Origin: Chlorokybus atmophyticus
Taxonomy: Eukaryota > Plantae > Mesostigma and Chlorokybus algae
Length of the DNA stretch: 13,375 nucleotides
Reading direction: 5' to 3'
Assembly: GCA_009103225.1 (NCBI GenBank)
Contig: RHPI01001616.1
Location: forward strand, 1 to 13,375
Shown here: positions 1-8,364 of the stretch, one piece after another
Layout of the letters: each line of letters opens with the position of its first letter
Numbering within the stretch: the first letter of the stretch is position 1
Notes under the pieces: generated by a model
What the model was told of the DNA's origin: nothing
What the model saw: the letters and a program-made list of their open reading frames with translations, nothing else
Databases searched by the model: none
Translations under genes and position numbers: made by a program

Positions 1-1048
1 CAGGATGAGATGGTTTCGCCTTTTTCACAAAAGGTTTGTTGCCAGTGGCCGGGCGCTTTGCAGCTGAAACCGGGGCCGCCTCTTTCGCCGTGGTTTGCAT
101 GTTGGCGTGAGAGCGCTTTACACTGTCCACATCAGCAACCATCTGCATCAGCATTGGTAAATCCGTCGAGGCCCACTCTTGCAAACTCGCGGGGTTGACG
201 GCCACATGCTGCACGAGATCTGTGTCCAAGCCACGCCTGAACATATCCAGCTGATCAGCATCACTGATAGGTACTTTGCCAGCATTGATCTTGCTGACAA
301 ACGACGATGAAATTCCTGGATATACTGCTGAACCGGACGCCCGTTCTGACGCAGGTTGTGCAGCTGGTTGCGAGCAACCTGGGCAGGATCTGCGCCACCA
401 TAGCGCTGCTCCATAAAAAAGCACAACTGATTTACTTCCCGCCCGAGGTTGGTATTCCGTTGCTTACGGCGGTACCACTCTGCCAAAGCATCGTTTGGGA
501 TCAGCAACTCAGCTACACGCAATTTCCCCTCCTCAGAAATGTGAAGGGAGTTGACATAGTGTCGCAACTTCACAAGCCAGTCGAAGATGGCCGCTTGCTT
601 GTTGGCAACAAACTCGGCAGGACGAGCAAGTGCTTGAACAGGTGGACCACCGTCAGCACGTTGAAAACGCTCGATCATATTCAGAACACGTTTGCCTTCA
701 CCCATTTGCCCCTCCCAATCTCGCCCCATAAAAGTGGTGAGCTTTGAAACTTTTTCTGCCAATAGGAAGAGAAAGTTTACGAATGAGACAATTGCCTCAC
801 GAGGGTCCTGATCATAGGTGCTAAGGAAATGCTCCATCAAGTCCTGCTGTGTTATGCGAATAGAAAACTCAGGGAATATAGAAGGTGATCTATCATCCAC
901 TGAAGCTTCCGCAGCTTTAGCAGCGAGACTCATCAGGTGCATCATCCGGATTCGGAATATCTTCCATGGATGGAAATTCCTCCTCACGGGAAAGCTGCTC
1001 TTTTTCCGAGCTCTCCCCTTTGGAGGTGGGCACCGAGTTTTCTTCCAT
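1..1048 (-). pseudogene. gag: Retrotransposon Gag, interrupted by two frameshifts (near 920-930 and 300-310); 3' end outside the window
   Basis: ATG at 1048 gives MEENSVPTSKGESSEKEQLSREEEFPSMEDIPNPDDAPDESRC* (stop 917-919). The core lies in the next frame (EWYRRKQ...FFMEQRYGGADPAQVARNQLHNLRQNGRPVQQYIQEF, a Retrotrans_gag-like pattern). After about 304 the original frame resumes (FVSKINAGKVPISDADQLDMFRRGLDTDLVQH...KKAKPSHP) and is open to base 1. Confidence 0.8.
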
Positions 1049-1227
1049 TTGCCTGCAAAACAGGCAGAATGGGATGGTAAGAACCTCACCGATGGACCAG
1101 GTTCAACGAGAGGATCAAAATGACCCCAAGTTGTAAAAGTCCCAAACAGACTCCAAACCAGTCCCAAAATAGGAAAGGTTGGATCTGGAGTGTCACCAAA
1201 CAGAACAAGTCTGAGTGGGACCAGAAT

Positions 1228-1413
1228 GTCCTAACCCTGTGTTGTCCTCAACCAAGTCCCAATCTCCAGGCCGAAGCCAGAGGGGGAGGGTTTCAGACTA
1301 ACAGGGTTTTGGAACAGATTGTCCTAAAACCTCCCCACAACTGTCCTTACCAAGTCCCGATCTCCAGGCCGAAGCCAGAGGGGGAGGGTTTGGGAACAGT
1401 TGGGTTTGGAACT
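1228..1413. repeat. Imperfect tandem duplication (~95-bp unit) in the element leader
   Basis: Core TGTCCT(CA/T)ACCAAGTCCC(A/G)ATCTCCAGGCCGAAGCCAGAGGGGGAGGGTTT at 1243-1293 and 1342-1391, each followed by GGGTTT(T)GGAAC. Confidence 0.9.
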
Positions 1414-1435
1414 TACGGACCCGGCAAAGCCGCTG

Positions 1436-1769
1436 GCAGGTCACAGGTACGTCACAGGCATGCAACAGGCAAGCCACAGGCATGCAACAGGCAAGCCGTA
1501 CGGTGACTAACTGTGACATGCACTGGCAAGCACAATGACAAGCAATCACCGCATGCAATGACAGGCAATCACTGCAAGCAATGATAGTGCACTAAGTGTG
1601 ACAAACAGTGATGGCACACTAATAAGCCGCAATCACCGCATGCAATGACAGGTAATCACTGCAAGCAATGATAGTGCACTGGCAAGCCACTGTGTGATGT
1701 GCATGAAAGTACACACGTGCACCTGGCAAGCACCTGGCAAGCAGCTGACAAGCAGGCAAGCAGGCAAGT
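1436..1769. repeat. Nested GCAAG/GCATG-based repeat array in the element leader
   Basis: Perfect 22-bp tandem ACAGGCATGCAACAGGCAAGCC (1454-1475, 1476-1497). A 52-bp repeat at 1542-1593 and 1629-1680 with one mismatch. CACCTGGCAAG x2 and CAGGCAAG x2 at 1718-1769. Confidence 0.9.
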
Positions 1770-1957
1770 CACCGATGTGTGATGGTACCTTACACGTGGA
1801 GAGGCCGCCTCTTTGATAGGTGGCTTCGACGTGGAGGTAGCGCAGGGAAGCGAACTTGAAGCTTGGGCTGCGTGGACGAATAGGAGGCCGCCGACGACGC
1901 CTTCTGATTGGCCGAAAGCAGGTCGCCGCCCCCTATAAGTACCCACGTCACCCCCCA

Positions 1958-1971
1958 GCTCCTGGATACCA
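1958..1971 (-). other. Primer-binding site, tRNA-iMet-like
   Basis: The minus strand reads ...CTGTTACA-T-TGGTATCCAGGAGC; the canonical plant iMet PBS is TGGTATCAGAGC. Confidence 0.7.
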
Positions 1972-2109
1972 ATGTAACAGCACCACCGTCGCCGGTGATG
2001 CCCCTTCAATCCTCTACCCCAACACCCACACCGCCTATGACAAGCCTTTCAACGGCGTGGCCGCCACTGAGCAGAGAACTGAAAGTCCCCACATCAGATT
2101 GATGTGACC

Positions 2110-2212
2110 TTTTATATCAAGAGTATATCAACTATATACCTCTCGATAATTAACTCACAACTAGACATCGACCCTACAGATAGGGTAGTTAGGAAATCTA
2201 GCGTGAACCAAT
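2110..2212 (-). promoter_or_regulatory. LTR Pol II promoter elements (TATA box and CCAAT box)
   Basis: TATAAAA on the minus strand at 2116-2110 and CCAAT at 2208-2212, about 95 bp upstream. The orientation matches gag. Confidence 0.55.
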
Positions 2213-2221
2213 CACAGCTCA

Positions 2222-2280
2222 GATAAGGTACCTATCGATAAGGTACCTATCCAAAGATACCTATCGTAAGGTACCTAACG
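2222..2280. repeat. Four tandem 14-15 bp near-palindromic units in the LTR U3
   Basis: GATAAGGTACCTATC, GATAAGGTACCTATC, CAAAGATACCTATC, GTAAGGTACCTAAC. Confidence 0.85.
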
Positions 2281-2494
2281 AGATAGTGATCACATTATAT
2301 CAAATGTGACACTAAATAGGCTTGAATAAGCGGTTCTACACCCATTGGAACTTATTTAAGCTATGATAAAGCATCATAGCCTTTTAATAAGCGAGGAACC
2401 GTAGAAAAGAGGTATAAATAAGCATATTTAAATACTTATTCATACAAAATGTGTTATTTAGGTAGCAATAATACCCCTATTATTATTGCTCCCG

Positions 2495-2960
2495 TTACAA
2501 TGCCACAAGTATATTGCAGCAACCAACTACAATGTATACATTAATCAACACAGGGCGTGGTACCAATAGCTTTAGCACTTGCAACAAGTTCAATTTCAGG
2601 GAAATCATGAAGCCGCTGGTCAGGTATTCCCCCGCATTGTTGCCCATGAGGATGCTAATGACTTGCTGATGCACTCGGTCTTTAGCTGTGCGCATATACA
2701 GGTTGCCCACGACATAAGTCAGCAAGTCATGCATGCAATCAGCATCAATCAGTGACATGATGATGCGGCATGCAACCCATGTATGGGACACAACGCCACT
2801 CAACACGTCTATCGTTGTTCCTGCGTGTGTAACATAGCACCCCATACACACCCCTGTCTATAATGAAGATGCGGAGAGAGTGGCGGGCGGGGAAGAAGGG
2901 GAGGCTTGAAGGGAGAGAGGGAGTCCTCGTTGCTGCAGACATCCTTGCCGTACTTGCCAT
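2495..2960 (-). CDS. Tentative two-exon ORF (2960-2852, 2685-2495) of unknown product, ending in the LTR edge
   Basis: MASTARMSAATRTPSLPSSLPFFPARHSLRIFIIDR is S/T/A/R-rich like a transit peptide. A GTGTGT donor at 2851 and CACAG acceptor at 2686 join in frame to KDRVHQQVISILMGNNAGEYLTSGF... No family recognised. Confidence 0.25.
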
Positions 2961-3082
2961 TGCCAGCAAGAATCAGCTATGAGCCCATGTGGGCAGGTAA
3001 TTCACACTGATACGCATGCATAACATCACATTGCAATGTATGCCTGGCTGACGGGGGGTTTTGCCTTATCAATGCGATCTGA

Positions 3083-4019
3083 GCTGCAACGCAGCTGCTG
3101 CCACCATCGGCGCGCCATACAATTCCGCCTTTTTCGGCATTGGCGCGCGCGGAAGCGCGGAAGCTGAAGGAGGACATCTCCGCCACCGTCGACGCCGCGT
3201 TGGTCGACCGATTCAATGCGACCGCGACTACCGCCGACAGGGCGCGGCGTCAATCAGCTTCGGGTGTCGGTGCTGGCGCGTGGCTGTCGGCCTTGCCACT
3301 TCCCGGCACTACGCATTTCCGCCGACATCTTCCGGACCGCGCTCAGGACGCTGCTAGGACTACCGCACCCACTGTTGGTCAACGTCGAGCACTGCTTGTG
3401 CGGGCGGCCGCTCACGGCCGAGGGCGCGCACCTACTCCGCTGCCCCTTGGGGAGGTGCCGCACGGCAACGCATGACGCGTTGCGCGACGAGGTATATGGT
3501 GTGATGCGTGACGCAGGGTTTTCGGTCAGTAGGGAGCAGAGCGGTTTTATGCCGGTACTGGCGGGTGAGACGAGGGGGAGGCGGGTGGACTTGGTGGCCT
3601 CCGAACCCGGTCGAGATACGCGCATGCTCTTGGATGTCACAATCACCGCATGCGGCGAGCAACCGGGAGGCGCAGCGAAGGCGGCGGAGCAGGCGAAGCG
3701 GCGAAAATACCATGATCACCCCGCCGCCGACACATTCCATCCCCTCGCCGCCGAGACGCACGGCACCCTGGGCCAGAGTTTTCACGACGTCATCGACACA
3801 TGCGCTAGGAGGGCACTGGCTGCACGTGACCTGCCATTGCGCAGGCTATCGGGCTATTTGGCTCTGTACCGGCAGCGCGTGTCTTGCGCGCTGCAGCGCG
3901 CCCAGGGCATCACCATCCTGGAGCGGGGGGCGGCAGTCGTTGCGGCAGTACCAGGCTGGGGTCCGGTCCAGACGGCGGCGCCAACGGCGGACGCTGTGCT
4001 GGCAGCTGCGGCAGTGTAG
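3083..4019 (+). mobile_element. 5'-truncated CRE-like non-LTR retroelement fragment: CCHC knuckle plus restriction-like endonuclease, no RT, +1 frameshift near 3299-3305
   Basis: First frame gives SASGVGAGAWLSALP. The second frame gives ISADIFRTALRTLLGLP, C-x-C-x9-H-x3-C (CLCGRPLTAEGAHLLRC), THD, RRVDL...LLDVTI, AEQAKRRKY and FHPLAAETHGTLG, with TAG at 4017-4019. This is the motif order of RLE-clade non-LTR C-termini. Visibly more GC/CpG-rich than the flanks. Confidence 0.82.
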
Positions 4020-4663
4020 TTGTGTAGGCGTGCTTGCATGCCGCTGACATGCGTGTGAGTATGCTTGTGTAATGACAGGCAGGGATGCCAGTGCATAGCT
4101 TGGTGTAACGATTTTGCTGTTAGTTTTTATCACAACGGGGAGGTCTAGGTTAGTGTAGCGTTTTAGGTAGGATCTAGCAGTGTATAATAGCCCGGTGGTG
4201 AAGCGTATGAGTATGCTTGCATGTGGTTTGGTATGCGCTTGTGTGCGCCATGCATGCCTACAACTGCCTCGCATATCCTGTACAGTCACATGCCTGCATG
4301 AGTGCAACTGCAGCAGAACCATCTGCAATGAAATGGTATTTAGCTACTTATATTGGGCTTAATTGCGCAAGCATAATGTGACCTTGACTAACATGTACCA
4401 CATACAACCAGTCTGCATATGCTGTCAAAGCTTTGATCGGGGGTCGCAACGAACACTGCAAGGACAACACGCTCGCAACTAGGTTTACAGTCCAGACCAT
4501 ACTCTATGACAACAGCCAGCAGACTGCCAGGTGTCAACATATAAGCTATACGCATTGTTGCACCAGCGTCATGGCCGTCAGGTCTCAATGGAAGGAACAC
4601 TGTTCTCCAACACAAACCTCTTCCACAGCGATACCAGCTACATTTGCTGCAACACCAATGACC

Positions 4664-6644
4664 TTACTTATCCTCCGATGATGCAAACACGTCCTTCACT
4701 GCCGTCGCGGCGCTCAAGTAGTTGAGTGCCCTTCGCAGCGTGTCGCGCTCTCTCCTCAACCTTTCAGCAGTATCCTGCAGCTCTAGTAGCACCTGACAAA
4801 ACGGGTGGGCACACCATATGCCTGTTAGGTAAGGTGCAGAGGAACACACTGTAGAGGGACACAATGGTCCACGAACAAACCTGCTGCTCAAGCGGTGCGG
4901 CCTCAAATGTGCTGGCGACAAAGAATGAGAAAGGCGCGGGGAAGTTGGTTCGACTCAACTCTTCAGGAACCTGCGTCACCCATGATGCTTCAACCATTGC
5001 TGGATTGCGCACACAAGCTGGCCACTGACACGTACTGCCGTCACAAGCACTTATCTCATCGTACTACACACCTTATTGGGAGGCTTGCCACTGATTTTGT
5101 TTGATAACCGAATTACGTCTCTCATCAAGCTCTCAACTTCTGACACCAAGGGCGGAAGAGCCTCTGCGCATGGGCACACAACGATGTCAAGCCTTGTGCA
5201 CTTAGGCAACAGTGTTGCTCCAACCCGCATGGAGCACCCTCCCAAAGCTGGCTCCGATACATGTACGATACGACTGACTCCACAGGTACAGCAGCTGACC
5301 TGGCTCTGAAGACACTCGGTCTTCAATCCACTGAACTCTTCCGACCAAGTACGGTTTTGTCCTTACAACATCAACAACACGGAACCTGCAATGCAAAATA
5401 CCATTGAGTGCAATGCATGCAATGTGCATGACACGCAACAACACAGCATGCAACCAACTTGTCAACTTGTGTGTGTGATGTGCAACAACGGCACCTGGCT
5501 TTCTACCTTTGCAGTCCTCTACAAACAACCAGTAGCCTATCATCGCGAAACCTCTCGTGCTGCAGAGGTCAACAAAGGCCAATCAGACTCGCAATGAAGC
5601 AACAGAGACGAACTATTACTTCACACAAGGCACGTCTGAATACTCACCTTGAAAACTTCTGCACAGCAGCCTATAGCAGCAGCTGTGCCCTGATCTCCCG
5701 CATATATTATCCCAAACTATACAAGACAATGTAAGCTGTAAGTAAGGCATGAAGGCAGGAGAAGGTGAAGTTGCGTTTCGCCCAAGGAAACAGACAACTA
5801 CAATGAGCATGCTGCAGCTGTAATTCTTCACAAGTCTCACATGCATGCAGGCATAGTGGTGCTTTGCGTGTGCTGAATGCTGCTGAGTGTGCAGCTTACC
5901 CGTTGATCGGAGTTCAAAAGCGTGTTGAACATGATGCGGTAGCGGAACTCAAAAATCTGCAAAGGAAGTACGGCGCCAGGGAACAACACCAACCCGAGTG
6001 GAAACAGCGGCAGCTCTGCAGAGGAATGACAAATCAATGATGATGAACTTCAAGAGAAATATGCATGCTTGTTCCTTACTTAAACATTGCATTCTGCATT
6101 TCGCACTAACTTGGTACAAAAACATGGCAGTGTACACACTGGTAGCGCGGCAGCATGACACATACACATGCAGCCAGCTGACAAGTTAGCCAGTTCCACT
6201 TATCCTGCAGGCAGCTGAGACGCATACTGCTAAGTACCAAGACCAACAAGCCTGACGCTGTAACTGCACTAGAGTTTACACCTTTGTGATAGGGTTGGGT
6301 TTAGGGTTGTCAGAAACCTGGTGGGCACATGCATGCAAGCACAAACCTTCAGTGTCGACGTCCGGTCTGCTGGAGCGCCCAGAAGAGCTCGCGCAGACGT
6401 GCGACGAGCTATCTCCCGTCTGCGTCCGCTCTCTCCGCTTACCGCATTGTGGCCTGGTCGCCCCTATTGACGTCCTGCTGCTCGCCGTCGTCCAGCCATT
6501 CCAGCTAACCGGCAGCTGGTCACTTCCCCAGACCCCAAGTCGGCCCGCGCGCATCAAGATCCTGCGGCAATTCAAAGGCCTATCAACCAACCACAACCCC
6601 AGCCCCAGCCCTGACCCTGACGCCACCAACGCCGCCGCCGCCAT
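4664..6644 (-). CDS. LON peptidase N-terminal (substrate-binding) domain protein, about 310 aa, probable organellar transit peptide; no protease domain
   Basis: Exons 6644-6347, 6015-5900, 5716-5648, 5559-5507, 5385-5300, 5163-5072, 4970-4881, 4792-4664, all GT-AG and frame-consistent. Motifs ELPLFPLGLVLFPGAVLPLQIFEFRYRIMF, RFRVVDVVRTKPYLVG and FPAPFSFFVASTFEAAPLEQQVLLELQDTAERLRRE match the plant standalone LON-domain family as I recall it. Confidence 0.93.
6290..6308. repeat. Short telomere-like / telo-box-like motif in intron 1 of the LON-domain gene
   Basis: TAGGGTTGGGTTTAGGGTT, containing TTTAGGG at 6300-6306. Confidence 0.35.
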
Positions 6645-6878
6645 CGTCGACACGCAGAAGGACAACTGGCTGCGTTATGTCACTGTGCGCCCGGGTACGT
6701 GTCCTCTGCTTGATGACATAACGCGTTACGCACCCGCGTTACGTAACTCTGATCGGCGCATTGGTTTAGCGGCGGCATTGTTGACGTGGTCGTGCTTGTC
6801 GGTGGCCTGGTTGAGCAGGCGTGGTTTGGGCTGTGGTGGTTACTGTCTTAGTCCACTGTCACAACTTGAATCTACATT
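6645..6878. promoter_or_regulatory. Divergent (bidirectional) promoter region, 234 bp between start codons
   Basis: Head-to-head ATGs at 6644 (-) and 6879 (+), with clustered GCGTTA palindromes. Confidence 0.6.
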
Positions 6879-8208
6879 ATGTCGTATGTGGCGCCAGCGA
6901 AGCCAGGGAGCGGGGTCACGCTGGCTTATGGCGGAGTGCGCAAGGTAAGCTGCCAAAGCCCGTAGTAACCCATGCATGCATGCCTGGAAAACAGCTGGCA
7001 TGCTTCACAGCTTCCCTCCTTGCACGATGCAGCTATGTGTATGCTTGTCCTGTATCGAGACCTACATTTACAGGCCAGCAAGCCGGCGCCAAAGTACGCC
7101 CCAGCAGTGACGCACTTCCTGCCTGGCGTGCTACTTGGGGCAATCGCTACGCTATGGGCCAACTCAGGTGCTGGAGGAGGCAGAGGCAGAACAACAGGTG
7201 GAGGCGGCAGCAGCAGCCAGCAAGCATCAAGCAGGGGGCCGCCCGCAGTGGCTGGCCAGCCTATCAACAGTACCTGGTCTGGTCCGGTGCCTGCGGAAGG
7301 CACTGACATGAAAATGGTGCGTGACGATTTATCGTTGTGCATTGCATGGTGAGTTGATTTTGACACGAAGCTGTGCTTGAGATTGGTGGGTATCTGGTCA
7401 GGTGTTTGTGGTGCGGAAGGACTTGGAAATGGGGACTGGGAAGATTGCGGCTCAAGTTGCACGTACGTATTGGTGGGTTGCAGGATACTAGCCATTGCAT
7501 GCATGCAACGCTGTACACTTCATTCAATTCGCATGCAAACGCAGAACACCATGCAAATAAGCTGTTCAAAGGAGCGACACAATGCTAACCCACTCAGTGG
7601 TTGCAGATGCTGTTCTTGGGTTGTACGCAAAGTTGCAGAGCAGGTAAGCATTTGCAGACACTGCTTGGCACAAAGCAGTGTTTTGACTACTTGTGCTTGC
7701 ATTGCCACAATTTGTTGTCATGTGACCATGGCAAACGCACAGACATCAAGTGCTGTTGAGGCGATGGGAAGATGGTGGCCAGGCCAAGGTTGTTCTCGCG
7801 TGCGCTGACAAGAAAGAAATGTAAGTTACTCTTGATTTGACATCGCTGCATGCAACAGACAGTGCACTCATGGTAAGACAACCGCTTGACTTGCAGGCTA
7901 GAGCTGGCAAGAAGTGCCTCAAGCAAGGGCCTACCCACGCACATAGTCGCGGATGCAGGCAGAACGCAGGTATGCGCCTCAGTCGTTATGATGTTGGCGG
8001 AGGTACGGTAATTGCATTTGACAAATGGCACCTTTTTGCAGGTTGCGGCAGGATCTGAAACGGTCCTTGCCATTGGGCCAGGTCAGTTCTGCATGTAGTG
8101 CGTTCGGTAGCAGGTCCATGTGTCTTTGTCAAGTGCTGACTACACTGAATGTGGTCAGGTGCCAAGCACGTCATTGACTCGGTGACGGGCCATCTGAAGC
8201 TGTTGTGA
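6879..8208 (+). CDS. PTH2: Peptidyl-tRNA hydrolase 2 (PTH2/BIT1 family), about 215 aa, with N-terminal hydrophobic anchor
   Basis: Exons 6879-6944, 7074-7316, 7402-7462, 7607-7643, 7743-7820, 7897-7969, 8042-8081, 8159-8208, all frame-consistent. Family motifs KMVFVVRKDLEMGTGKIAAQVAHA, RWEDGGQAKVV, DAGRTQVAAGSETVLAIGPG and VTGHLKLL*. Confidence 0.95.
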
Positions 8209-8339
8209 GCGGTTTCGGTCGTCCCAAGTTAGCTTTGTTTTTGTCTTTGTGGGGCACATGCCCGCAAGCACGGTTGTAGGGTCACAACGCACTCTGAGAG
8301 CCTCCTCTGCCTTCACGCGCAACAGCAGCAATGTAGACG

Positions 8340-8364
8340 CCATGGCAAGTGGCACTTGCCATGG
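8340..8364. repeat. 25-bp near-perfect palindrome (12-bp arms, 1-nt centre) downstream of PTH2
   Basis: CCATGGCAAGTG-G-CACTTGCCATGG. Confidence 0.9.

Larger units (their letters stand above)
1..2499 (-). mobile_element. Ty3/gypsy-like LTR retrotransposon, 5' part (5' LTR, PBS, leader, gag); continues beyond the left edge
   Basis: LTR with TG...CA ends and 6-bp inverted termini, PBS 1 nt inside the LTR, then a gag-like ORF on the same strand. Pol and the 3' LTR are not in the window, so the superfamily call rests on gag. Confidence 0.88.
1973..2499 (-). repeat. 5' long terminal repeat, 527 bp
   Basis: Starts TGTAAC at 1973 and ends GTTACA at 2494-2499 (perfect 6-bp inverted termini). Adjacent PBS, AT-rich U3 part and internal TATA/CCAAT. 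The second LTR is not visible. Confidence 0.85.

Noticed and set aside
307-1123. Plus-strand ORFs of 146 and 101 aa
   Set aside because: Antisense shadows of gag with no recognisable motifs.
931-1167. N-terminus of the supplied 339-aa ORF (MGLVWSLF...RMMHL) as real Gag
   Set aside because: It starts at a non-ATG codon, crosses a strong splice acceptor, and the adjacent ATG frame gives a more protein-like acidic sequence.
1228-1769. Repeat-spacer look resembling a CRISPR array
   Set aside because: Units and spacing are irregular, there are only two copies of each, no cas genes are present, and the context is a eukaryotic retroelement.
3254-4328. Several overlapping ORFs on both strands around the endonuclease
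   Set aside because: Expected in GC-rich coding DNA; only the CCHC/RLE frames carry motifs.
5495-5506. In-frame TAG in the LON-domain gene suggesting a pseudogene or readthrough
   Set aside because: The TAG lies within the donor AG|GTAG at 5506; splicing there restores QRFRV.
6286-6948. 220-aa plus-strand ORF
   Set aside because: Antisense to LON exon 1, runs through the promoter and out of frame over PTH2 exon 1; no motifs.
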